DNA of 64,000 nt from Paraspadella gotoi. Its lineage: Eukaryota > Animalia > Chaetognatha. Shown in pieces: positions 13,024-26,069 of the stretch. A program made the position numbers and the translations under genes. A model generated the notes under the pieces. The model was given only the letters and a program-made list of their open reading frames with translations, made no database searches and was not told the origin of the DNA. Each line of letters begins with the position of its first letter. Within the stretch, counting starts at the first letter, position 1. The stretch is from the NCBI GenBank assembly GCA_051294375.1, contig CM119270.1, positions 1,299,598 to 1,363,597 on the forward strand, read 5' to 3'.

Positions 13024-15455
13024 TAGTTTTTCCTCTTAGTCCAGAAAAATCCCTTTCATAGATCCGAGTTTAACTAAAGAATGAAGCCACGAAAATATTC
13101 GATTTTTCAGCCGCTAGGAAATTCTTTTTTTTTCCACAATTCTGAAACAAAATGACAAGGGTTGAAAAGGACGACGACGAGCACATTTAACCAAACAAAA
13201 CAAAACAACAAAACAACATTTGAATAAAACAAAACAAAAGAAAAACGTGAAAAAGAAAAAATAAAGTATCGTTTATGGCCATAAATTGTGAAAATTCACT
13301 TTCTATCTGAGTTGTGAAGGGACTCTTGGCCGCGANNNNNNNNNNNNNNNNNNNNNNNNNNNNNNNNNNNNNNNNNNNNNNNNNNNNNNNNNNNNNNNNN
13401 NNNNNNNNNNNNNNNNNNNNNNNNNNNNNNNNNNNNNNNNNNNNNNNNNNNNNNNNNNNNNNNNNNNNNNNNNNNNNNNNNNNNNNNNNNNNNNNNNNNN
13501 NNNNNNNNNNNNNNNNNNNNNNNNNNNNNNNNNNNNNNNNNNNNNNNNNNNNNNNNNNNNNNNNNNNNNNNNNNNNNNNNNNNNNNNNNNNNNNNNNNNN
13601 NNNNNNNNNNNNNNNNNNNNNNNNNNNNNNNNNNNNNNNNNNNNNNNNNNNNNNNNNNNNNNNNNNNNNNNNNNNNNNNNNNNNNNNNNNNNNNNNNNNN
13701 NNNNNNNNNNNNNNNNNNNNNNNNNNNNNNNNNNNNNNNNNNNNNNNNNNNNNNNNNNNNNNNNNNNNNNNNNNNNNNNNNNNNNNNNNNNNNNNNNNNN
13801 NNNNNNNNNNNNNNNNNNNNNNNNNNNNNNNNNNNNNNNNNNNNNNNNNNNNNNNNNNNNNNNNNNNNNNNNNNNNNNNNNNNNNNNNNNNNNNNNNNNN
13901 NNNNNNNNNNNNNNNNNNNNNNNNNNNNNNNNNNNNNNNNNNNNNNNNNNNNNNNNNNNNNNNNNNNNNNNNNNNNNNNNNNNNNNNNNNNNNNNNNNNN
14001 NNNNNNNNNNNNNNNNNNNNNNNNNNNNNNNNNNNNNNNNNNNNNNNNNNNNNNNNNNNNNNNNNNNNNNNNNNNNNNNNNNNNNNNNNNNNNNNNNNNN
14101 NNNNNNNTCGCCCGTCCGTCTGTTACTGTGTCTGCTTGTCTGTCAGTTTTTCTGTCCCTCTGTCTGTTTGTCGCTCCAGTCTGTCATGTAGGCTGTCTGT
14201 CTGACTGTCTGTCCGACGGTCTGTCTGTCTTACTATCTCTCTTTTCGTCTTATCCGTTTTTCCATCTGTCCATCTGTTGAATTTATTATNNNNNNNNNNN
14301 NNNNNNNNNNNNNNNNNNNNNNNNNNNNNNNNNNNNNNNNNNNNNNNNNNNNNNNNNNNNNNNNNNNNNNNNNNNNNNNNNNNNNNNNNNNNNNNNNNNN
14401 NNNNNNNNNNNNNNNNNNNNNNNNNNNNNNNNNNNNNNNNNNNNNNNNNNNNNNNNNNNNNNNNNNNNNNNNNNNNNNNNNNNNNNNNNNNNNNNNNNNN
14501 NNNNNNNNNNNNNNNNNNNNNNNNNNNNNNNNNNNNNNNNNNNNNNNNNNNNNNNNNNNNNNNNNNNNNNNNNNNNNNNNNNNNNNNNNNNNNNNNNNNN
14601 NNNNNNNNNNNNNNNNNNNNNNNNNNNNNNNNNNNNNNNNNNNNNNNNNNNNNNNNNNNNNNNNNNNNNNNNNNNNNNNNNNNNNNNNNNNNNNNNNNNN
14701 NNNNNNNNNNNNNNNNNNNNNNNNNNNNNNNNNNNNNNNNNNNNNNNNNNNNNNNNNNNNNNNNNNNNNNNNNNNNNNNNNNNNNNNNNNNNNNNNNNNN
14801 NNNNNNNNNNNNNNNNNNNNNNNNNAGAGAGAGAGAGAGAGAGAGAGAGAAAGAAAGAAGATGAGTCATGAAAGATAAATAAATTATTTTTTTAAAAAAA
14901 GCAACATTTTTCTATTGCTTAATATTTCCTATGTCGTCTATCTATATCTACATTTAAACAAAAATAAAAAGTAAACACTATACATTTGTTATAGTGTAGT
15001 TTTAAAACAAAATGTACCATTAATATAAATGATTTGATCAAAATAAATCCGTTACTACGGAAACTTTCTCTCTCTTTCTCTCTCTTTCTCGCCATTTCCA
15101 TTTCTCCCAAACTCCGACGAATCTCCTCCGCTTGACCAAATTCTATTCCCCGCCTTCCGTCGGAAAAGTGTGNNNNNNNNNNNNNNNNNNNNNNNNNNNN
15201 NNNNNNNNNNNNNNNNNNNNNNNNNNNNNNNNNNNNNNNNNNNNNNNNNNNNNNNNNNNNNNNNNNNNNNNNNNNNNNNNNNNNNNNNNNNNNNNNNNNN
15301 NNNNNNNNNNNNNNNNNNNNNNNNNNNNNNNNNNNNNNNNNNNNNNNNNNNNNNNNNNNNNNNNNNNNNNNNNNNNNNNNNNNNNNNNNNNNNNNNNNNN
15401 NNNNNNNNNNNNNNNNNNNNNNNNNTTTTCTCTCGACCTCGTTGTCCCTCACACC

Positions 15456-15627
15456 GTCACGTGACATTTCGGATCGCGTGTCGCCATCACGTGTTCCTTC
15501 TCTCCCTCTCTCTCCCTCGCCCTATGTCCCTCACGCTCTTCCGCCCTTTCGACCGCCTGCACGTGACCGGATCACGTGACCGAATCGAGCCGGTCAGTTC
15601 TCTTCGCTCTCCCCTCGCTACTTCCGG
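15456..15627. promoter_or_regulatory. Promoter-like cluster of four CACGTG E-boxes plus an ETS-type site
   Basis: GTCACGTGAC at 15456-15465, CACGTG at 15488, 15560 and 15573, and ACTTCCGG at 15620-15627, all in a CpG-rich patch. Confidence 0.55.
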
Positions 15628-15908
15628 TGGGCGTGGAGGAAGATGGAGAGGGAGAGAGAGGGAGAGGGTGGGAGGAGAGTGAGAGAGAGAGGGGGAGGGA
15701 GAGAGAGGGAAAGAGATGCCTACTAAATAGAGAGTGAGAACAAGAACTAAAGAAAGAAAGAAAGATAGAAAGCAAGAAAGCAGGAAAGAAACAAGGATAG
15801 AAATCATATTCCGAATTTTGACATTTTCTTGGTCAGTGACTCCAAAAACTAGAAAGATTGCGCTGACGATGTGAGAAAATCAAAGGAGAATGAAAGAAAA
15901 ATGAGAGT

Positions 15909-15986
<78 letters not shown>

Positions 15987-17383
15987 GAGAAAGAAAAAAG
16001 GTTGGAAAAAAACCCAGAAAATTGAAAATTAATTCACGGATACAAAAGTTATGAAAATTTGAAGAAATGGCAAAAAAATGGACGAAAAAAATGGAAATCT
16101 TAAGAAATGGAGGAAAAAGAAAAGAAGAGTTGAGGCTTTGGACCGGAAGTGACCGGAGGAGGAAGAGGAGGAGGAGGAGGATGAGGAGGATGAGAGAGCG
16201 GAAGGAGTCTTGATAGACGGACAAGAGTTTTCCATCGACCATCGAATTCTTTTTGAGGAGGAAAGGAAAAAAGAGAAAAGGAAAAGTGAGGAAAGAAAAA
16301 AGGGAGGAAAGGAAAAAGGGGGAAGGAAAAAGGGAGGAAAGAAAAAAGGGAGGAAAGGAAAAAGGGAGGAAAAGAAAAGGAGGAAAAGAAAAAGGAGGAA
16401 AGGAAAAAGTGAGGAAAGGAAAAGTGAGAAAAGAAAAAAAGNNNNNNNNNNNNNNNNNNNNNNNNNCAATCTCTCTCTCTCAATCATACGGGGAGGATAT
16501 TCGGGTCCAAGTCGACATCAGGTCATGTCATCTACCAATCAAATCTGTCTCTGCTCAGGTCTCTATTAGCAAAAAGTAGGAATACGCCAGGGAAAATGGA
16601 AAGGTATATATTTTATAATTTTTATCGTTTGCACATAAAAAAGAGAATAGTTGAGGACATAGCATCGATTATATATTTTTCCATTAGTTTTTCTTTGATC
16701 CTATCAGTCTTAAGGAAGAGAATAAAAGCTGATCAATGAGAGTCTAAATATAAAATGATTGGGCACAACAATATAAATAATCAATATAAACATTAATAAA
16801 AATAATAGTAAGGTGGCTATCTTGCCCCTAAGGATTAGAGGAAGGAACAGGCACTTTGGTGGTTTAAGAGCGAGCCGTCACAATAAATTGAGACAATTTA
16901 AAAACAAATATATGATGATTATTTTTCAAGTTTTTTTGAAGAATTGATATTGTCTCGATTTGGTATTATTGAAAATTGGAATTAGGTGATATACCATAGA
17001 AAGGATGTAAATTTTTTATTTAGACTCGATGTAAATGTTATATTGTACTGTTATAATCTTTTTTTTTCCATTAGATTATTTTTTAAATTTCAACTAACTA
17101 TTTACCTTCCCAAAACCAACATTTTTTTACCTCTTTCCATCTTTCCTTTACTTTTTTTCCCTAATTTGTTAATTTTTTGTCCCTTTTATACTAATACATT
17201 TCCCTACAGAAATCAGTTTTTTTTTCCTCTTTTCTTTCTTTTTTTCTTTCCTTTTCTTTCTTTTTCTTTTTCTTTCTTTCCTATTTTTCTTATCTTAATC
17301 CTTTTTCCTCCTTCTCCCATCCTTTACACGTTTCTCTCTTTTCCTATCCGACGTGACTTCTTTCCGCCGAACGAAGAGAGAGA

Positions 17384-17443
<60 letters not shown>

Positions 17444-17452
17444 AGAAGAGAT

Positions 17453-17484
<32 letters not shown>

Positions 17485-18279
17485 AGAGAGACAAAGAAAA
17501 AGGAGGAAGAGGAGGAGAAGGAGGACTGGGGAAAGAGAGGAAAGGAGTAGGTCGAAAGGAGGTCCGAAGGAGGTCGAGGAGATCCGATGTTTCCGAATCA
17601 TAAAAGTCGAACCAGATGAATCTGAAAAGTTTGTAATACTCTTTTTTATTTTAACTGTGTATGGTAAAGTGAAGAGATTATATTCTCAAGAGATTTTCAT
17701 TAAATAGTTATATGTAAAATCGAAGTCCTGAAGAAAGAATGATAAATGAAGCGTTGCTACTGGTATAAATATAGTTTTTGTCGCCTGATACGCAGTCGTC
17801 TCATAGTTCGAGTCCGTGTTCATTTCTATCTGGTTTAACGAGTCCATACATTGTCGTCGTCTTAAGTCACGTCTAAATTCGCCAGAGATGTCGAGTCAAA
17901 TAACTCGAGAACTGGTGCACAGGTCTTCAAATTGATTTCTTAAGGAATTCAATCTGATTCTTTAGAAATCACCTTCGCCTTGGAAAATGGAAAGTGTGAG
18001 AGAGAAGAGCACCGCTGAAAAAAGAGAAAAGAGAGACGAGAGAGGGAGAAGAAAGAGAGAGAGAGAGAGAGAGAAGAGAGAAGAGAGAGAGAGGAGAGGA
18101 GAGAGAAGAGAGAGAAGAGAGAGAAGAGAGAGAGAGAGATGGGCGGTGGTATTCGATCACAGTAAAAATCACCAGTCGTTACTCAGGCAAAAACATTTGG
18201 GAAATCAAATCATTAATTTTCTGATTTTTCAATCTTTAGGCGAGAGAGAGCGCGAGAGATGCAACATATCTACGCATTA

Positions 18280-21137
18280 ACAGCAAACAACACAAACAAC
18301 ACAAACAACACATCACACAATCAACACACAATAAAATCGACAACAACAAACACAATCAACACAACAGACAACAAAACAACCACAATCAACTCAAACAACA
18401 CAAAATCAACACACATCAACACAAACAAAAGATAAACAGTAAACACAATCCACACAAAACACACATCGCAAAAAGAATAAATCAACACAAACAACAAAAA
18501 CGAACACAAACAACGATACAAATCCAGCGGAGGGTGGAAGATGTCAACACAAACAAACATCTATGTCCAGATCTAAGACACAAACACACAATCCAACAAC
18601 AAACGAACATAACAGTCAAACACAAACTAGATGCCACAACAATCAACACAGTATTTACAGAACAATATCAGATCAACACAAAACACGACATCAAACAACG
18701 TACACAAATCAACCACAGACAACCACAGGATCAAAACACATGGCAAATTAAAGTGGCGAGTAAACGACAAACAATGCAATACGCAGAGAACAAGTATGCA
18801 CGAGATGAAAAACAACCAAAACACAAAATTAAAACACATATGGCGATACACAATCAGCACAAAACAAAACACGAACTACATATCAACACATAACTAGAAC
18901 ATTACTTACACAAATCAACACACACAACAACAACACAGACAACACAAAAATACACAGCAAACAGCACACAACAACACAACATAACAAACCAAACACACAC
19001 AATCCAGATCCCGCATCATTCCATTGATTATCAGTAGAGTCAAGCATCTCTATATATTACAATGTGCAAACTCAACAGGAGTTAACAAGATGATCAAAGC
19101 GACCAACAACACAAATCGCATCAGCAGAATACACAACAGACAAACAATGCACAAACAACAATATCGATGAACTAACACAATCAACACAAACAACACAAAC
19201 ACACAATAAAAAATCCACGATCTAACAAAACACAGATGACAGAAACACGAGAGAGGCACTACAAAACAAGCCCACACACTCACTACGACATGCTTCGCAG
19301 TTTGGGAGAAACAATTATATGCGGTGTAGGTCACTGTGCTAAAGTAATAAAGCTGCAGCTTGGCGGAGAGAGTATTGATGAGAGGACATGAGCACGAATC
19401 ACACATATCAAACACGATGGAGGAGAGCATACAGACGTTCATGAACAATCGCAATCCCACAATCAACACACCCCAGAATCAGGCAAAAGTAGGATACATA
19501 AACACAATATTAGGAATAAAACGACACAATCAACGACAAACATGATCCAAAGAGAGGAGGTCATATCAAACAGCAGGTAAAGAGTTGTGAGTACATCGAT
19601 CCAAGCGGAAAATATCAACACAAACAAACACAAACAACACAACCACACAACACACAAAATGGAATAAAACCATCAAACACAACGAAGGGTATTAATCGGG
19701 AAATCAAGTGAGAGCGCAGCAAATCCAACACAAATCGATAAGAGAGAGAGAGACACAGCGAAACACACACAAGGATAACACAAACACACCGAAAACCATA
19801 CGAAACACAGATCAACAACAAAAACAACAACTACAAACAACACAATCAACAAACAACAACAATCCACGCAACAACACATCAGACATATACAACAACAAGA
19901 CAACAGATCCAACACAAACGACTCTCGGACATAACAATCAACACAACAGCCAACCAACACAATCACACAAACAAACACAAGTGAACAACGACAAACAACG
20001 ACAATCCCACAAACAACCAATACAATCAACACAAACAACAAATCCGTAACACAAATACGAGTGAACAGATCAACACAAACAACCGGACAATCAACACAAA
20101 CAACACAAACAAACAACAATCACGACAAACAAGAACACAAACATCAACAATCAACTACAAAAACATTAACACAAAACAACACATAACAAACACACAAAAT
20201 CAACACAATCAAACACATGATCCACACAAACGACACAATAAACAACAAACAACACAATCAACACTAAACAACACAGAATGATCAACAAGCAATACATCAA
20301 CACGAAAACAACAATTCATTCAGTACTAAGAGGTACAGCTACATAACGCAAAGAGTAACAACTACCTCTCACCAAGCCTAATACCAATGAACATCGACAA
20401 GGTAGACAACGAAATCATATCTCGAACGGAGGACACTAGGCCATATGACGAACAGTGACAACGCGAGCAAGGACATCGAGAAGGACGCGAATGATGCACG
20501 AGAGATTATCGATGGAGATATATCTCTATATGTCTACGAGCAAGTAGCACGCGCGTTCGCGTCGCACGCAGGAGGACAAACACAACACATAAAGTAGCTA
20601 AGAGATAACATCCCAGAGATTGGCTTAGATCTGAGAAGTGACCGTTGGACCCCCACGAAAAAAAAAGACACAAGTGATAGACTGCGGGTGAGAGACTGAT
20701 GCAATAGACCGGTAGATTGGCTTCTTATACTAGTACAATTCTCGCGTTGACAGACGCAGCAATGAGGACAACAAGGAGGACACGCAAAGTGTACTTAATC
20801 ACACAACAAATCCACAATCCACACAAACGACGCACCAACAAATCACATCAAAACAATCACAATTAATCAACACAAACAACACAACACAACAATCAACACA
20901 ACAAACAACACAAACACCACAATACAAAAACAAACTACAACAAACAAAACAAACAATCAACACCAATCAAACACACAACCGACATAAATCACACAAAAAA
21001 CAAACCACAAACAACACAATCAACACAAACACACAAACAACACAATCAAACGTACAAAACAACAACAAACAACACAATCAACACAAACAACACAAACAAC
21101 ACAATCACACAACAACACAAACACACAAACAACACAT
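18280..21137. repeat. A/C-rich degenerate tract built on AACACAAAC/AACACAATC 9-mers (noisy read of a minisatellite and/or junk read sequence)
   Basis: Strong A/C skew. The 9-mer period is clean at both ends and degrades in the middle. Confidence 0.7.
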
Positions 21138-21507
21138 TCCTCCTTTTCCTAATCCACAAATTTCGACCTTTTAGGGTCAAAACTAATATCGACGAAAAAA
21201 ACTTTTTTCTTTTTTTTTTTTTCTTTTTTCTTTTTTATCGCTTTTTCATCTTATTGGGCCCAACAACCAAAAAAATAAACAAAATCAGTAAAAAAAAGAG
21301 AAAAGAAAAACAGATTGTTTTCATTGTTTTTGTTTTCCACCGGAAATTGACGTGGCGACGATGTCGTTGTTGCTTAGTTGTCGTCGGCGTCCACCGTCAT
21401 CATGGCACAACGTCGTTGCTTATTTCTTAAGAGAGAAGTGAGAGGGAGAAGGCACAATATGGGAGAGAGAGAGAAGACGGCGGTAGAAAGATAGAGAGTG
21501 AAACATT

Positions 21508-21575
<68 letters not shown>

Positions 21576-22540
21576 AAGAGAGAGAAGAGAGAGAAGAGAG
21601 AGAGAAACAACTGAACATATTTTAATAGTATATGATGATTTCCTCAGCATCAGTGATTAAAAAGTTTCTTGATGACATTATTTGGCGGTTAAAATTAACA
21701 CAATCTAAGTTAAAACTTTGGCAAAAATTTACTTTATACTTTCTACTTATTACTTTCAACATTTTCCGCCGGGTCTCTCTCCCTCTCATTCACTCAATCG
21801 TTCGTCTTTTGCCTCATTACTTTAAAATTTATGCTTTTTCCTCTTTCATAGAAGTATTTGTTTAGCCCCACGGTTTTTTATGTTTTTTTTTCTCTTTTGA
21901 ATTGTTTTAAGAGTTTTTCATTGCTCGTTGTTTGTTGGGAGGGAGTATGGTTTTATCTTTGGACGTTCGAATTTCTTTGCTGTTTTTTTTTTCATCTTCT
22001 CCTCATCTCTACTCATCTTCCTCTCGTTTCTTGTACGTGGCACTTGTGTTGTGATTGTTGATTCTGGTCGTTGTTCTTTTATAATCGGAGAATAAATAAA
22101 TTCAAAAGAAAATAAGTTTTATTGATATAGATACCTGTATAATTACACTAGTTAATGCACAATATTAGGTTTAAAATCTAGTCTATTTAACATTTAAATC
22201 AATATCGTTATGGTTAAAATCACTCATCAACGTTAAATGTTCTTTCAACTGAAAAAAAATATATATTGTCCATGGATACAAAAAGGTGAGTAAACAAAAT
22301 GGTTATAGAGGCTCTAACAATCAATTGGAAACAAGAAAAGAGCAATATCTGTATAGAACTCTTGTAATAAATGTGTAATAATTACAGTTTTCCTTTTTTC
22401 CATTCCATAATTATTCCACCCAACCAAGTTTCTCTTTATTAACTAACATTAATCATTTAAAATAACCATAAGAGAGAGAAGAGAGAGAGAGAGCGAGAGA
22501 GAGAGGAGAGAGAGAAGAATATAGAGAGAGAGAGAAGAGA

Positions 22541-22572
<32 letters not shown>

Positions 22573-25288
22573 CAGAACAGACACAGAAGAGAGAAGAAAA
22601 TTTTCTGAGTCGCTTAATTCCTCCTTCGATTGTCCGCTGTTCCGAGAATCCCGTGAATGTACGTGAAATTGACGATTTTAATACTGGGGCTGAATTAAGA
22701 TAGAAAAGTGAGACAGAAGTTAGACAGAAATGAAGATTAGAAAATAAGATGAAGAGAGACAGAAATGAGATAGAAGTGAGATTAAAAGCTAGACAAGTTG
22801 AGAGACAGATGAGAGATCCAGATTGTGAGACCAGAAGTGAGAGCAGAAGTGAGACTAGAAACAGAGGTTAAAAAGAAAGTGAGACGAACGTGAAGACCAG
22901 CTTTCAAGAGGCTCAACCATCTGCATGGAAGGTCGGCAGCAAATGGAAAGTGCAAACGGAGATGGGAAAATGGGGAATTGCGAGACAAGCAACTGGGTGT
23001 TTGAGGGGGTAAGAGGTGGTCTCGTTGGATGTTGAGGGGAAGTAAATAAAATTCTTTGGGGTGATGAGGGGGTAGGGGGTCGTTCTCTTGGGGTGTTAAG
23101 GAGGCTAAGGATAACGGCTAAAGACTCGAGGGATGTTAAGGGGGCGAAGATCATTGGGAAAAAGTCAAGTGGGAATGACAAGGGGGCGAAAGGGAGGGGC
23201 GGGTAGGAAGGGGAGGGGTCGAGATGATCGTCGACAGACTGAGAAAGAGATTCTCTTTTTCGGAGTGAAAGAAGAATTCTCGGTCTTACCACATTTCATC
23301 CACTGTTGAAACTCTCATTTTTTTTTTCCTTTCTCGGTCGCGCGATGGGAGAAGAGGGAGGCTTTGTAAAAGGGAGAAATCTGGTCAGATAATTCGGGGT
23401 CCGGGGTCGGGGGGTATTTTTGTTATTTAAAATAATTTTATTATTAACTTCACTTGTTCGTTAAAGAGTTTTTATGATATCTAGATTAGGATAGGGACTA
23501 AAAGAAAGTTTTTAAGGTTTGTCCTGTACTTTGTTTTATAGTTTCTTTTCGCAGTTTTTTTTTTACCAAAAGCTATGCATTATAGCAACGCTTCATTATC
23601 ATTCTTCTTGTTTACTTTTTATTATAATTTTTATTAATCATTCTTTCAATTAGTAATTTAACATTCCATCCATATCTGTCTTTGATTTGGTAACATTTAA
23701 TTCTTCTTCTCCGTCTTCTCCTTCTTTATCCCTCCATCTTCTACACATCCCTTTTCCTTTTTTTATTCTTTCCTCCTGTTTCTTTTTTCCTTTCCCAACC
23801 TTTTTTTTTTACCTTTTCTTTCCCCCTTCCCCATACTTCTTCACTATATGATATGGGAATTGTAAACTAATTGAAAGAAAAAAATGATAAATAAAAATTA
23901 ATAAAGTAAAATTAAGAAGAATGATAGTGAANNNNNNNNNNNNNNNNNNNNNNNNNAGTAAATAAAATTCTTTGGGGTGATGAAGGCGGGTAGGGTCGTT
24001 CTCTGGGGTGTTAAGGAGCGGCCTAAGGATACGCTAAGACCTGAGGGTGGTTAAGCGGGGCGAAGATCCATTGGGCAAAAAGTCAGTGGGAATGAAAGGG
24101 GGGCGAAAGGGAGGGGCGGTAGGAAGGGGACGGGGTCGAGATGGATCGTCGACAGACTGAGAAAGAGATTCCTTTTTCGGAGGAAGAAATTCTCTCTTAT
24201 TCTCACATTTTCATCCACTGTGAACTCTGCATTTTTTTTTTCCTTGCCTCTCGGTTCGCGCGATGGGAGAAGAGGGAGAGCTTTGTAAAAGGGAGAATCC
24301 TGGTCAGATATCGAGGTCGGGGCTACGGGGGATATTTTTGTTATTTAAAATAATTTTATAATATTAACTTCACATTTATATGTCTTAAAGAGTATTTTAT
24401 AGTAGTCGTAGATTAGGATAGGAAAAAGAAGTTTTTAACGGTTTGTTCCATTACTTTGTTTTATAGTTTCTTTTCGCAGTTTTTTTTTACCAAAAGCTAT
24501 GCTTAATAGCAACGCTTCATATCATTACTTCTTGTTTACTTTTTATTATAATTTTTATTAATCATTCTTTCAATTAGTAATTTAACATTCCATCCATATC
24601 TGTCTTTGATTTGGTAACATTTAATTCTTCTTCTCCGTCTTCTCCTTCTTTATCCCTCCATCTTCTACACATCCCTTTTCCTTTTTTTATTCTTTCCTCC
24701 TGTTTCTTTTTTCCTTTCCCAACCTTTTTTTTTTACCTTTTCTTTCCCCCTTCCCCATACTTCTTCACTATATTTCCTTTCCTCACTTTTTCTTCTCCTT
24801 TTTGTCTTTCCTCTTTTCCTATTCCTCCTTTTCTTTCATCCTTTTTCCTTTCTACATTATTTTTTGTCCTTTCTTCCTTTTTTAGTTATATTCTTCATAT
24901 TTCCTTTCCTTTACTCCGTTTTCCCTTATCCTCCTTTTTCCTTTCCTCCTCAAAAAGAAATTCGATGGTACGATGGAAAAACCCTCGTTGTCCCTCTATA
25001 AGACTCCCTCCGCTCATCTCATCTCCTCCTGCCTGCCTCCTCCTCCTCCTCATTCCTCCTTCCGTCACTTCCGGTCCAGAGCCTCAACTCTATTTTTTCT
25101 TTTTCCTCCATTTTAAGATTTTCCTTTCCATTTTTTTTCGTCCGACCCTTAGTCCCCTCAACATCCCCGAGAACGACCCTTACTCCCTCAACACCCCAGT
25201 TGCTTGTCTCGCAATCCCATTTTCCCATCTCCGTTTGCCTTCCATTGCTGCCCGACCTTCTTGCAGATGGTTGAGCCTCTTGAAAGCG

Positions 25289-25470
25289 GTCTCACTTCTG
25301 TCTCACTTCTTTTTAACTTCTGTTTCTCAACTGTCTCACTTCTGTCTCACTTCTGTCTCTCATCTGTCTCTCAACTGTCTAACTTTAATCTCACTTCTAT
25401 CTCATTTCGGTCTCACTTCAGTCTTGTTTCTATCTCATTTCTGTCTAACTTCTGTCTCACTTCTATCTTA
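25289..25470. repeat. 11-bp minisatellite (GTCTCACTTCT-like, ~16 units)
   Basis: 11-bp period is readable by eye. An inverted noisy copy lies at ~22700-22890. Confidence 0.9.
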
Positions 25471-25562
25471 ATTCAGCCCCAGTTTAAAGTTCAATTTCAC
25501 GTACTCACGGATTCTCGGACAGACGGACAATCGAAGGAGGAAATTAAGCGACTCAGAAATTT

Positions 25563-25632
<70 letters not shown>

Positions 25633-26030
25633 TTGTATTTAAAAATAGATAAAGATATAGTAATAAAGAGAAACTTTGGTGGTTTGGACATAATATGGAA
25701 TGGAAATATTACACATTTTAAAGAGTAATACAGATATTGCTCTTTTGTTTCCAATTGATTGTTAGAGCCTCTACATTTTTGTTTACTCCCTTTTTGAATC
25801 CAGACAATGGATATTTTTTTTTATTGAAAGACATAACGATAGTGATTTTATATAACGATATTGATTTTAAATGTTAAATTACGACTAGATTTTAACCTAA
25901 TATTGATTAACTAGTGTAATTATACAGTATCTATATCAATAAAACTTATTTTCTTTTTGAATTATTTATTCTCCGAGATATAAAAGAAAACAACGACAGA
26001 ATCAACAATCACAACACAAGTGCGTACAAG

Positions 26031-26069
<39 letters not shown>

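Noticed and set aside
186-15682. Long ORFs containing X runs or LSLS/RERE/poly-D/poly-V tracts (also 36107-38695 and 62601-63284)
   Set aside because: They are open only because N gaps and GA, GAC or ATC microsatellites lack stop codons.
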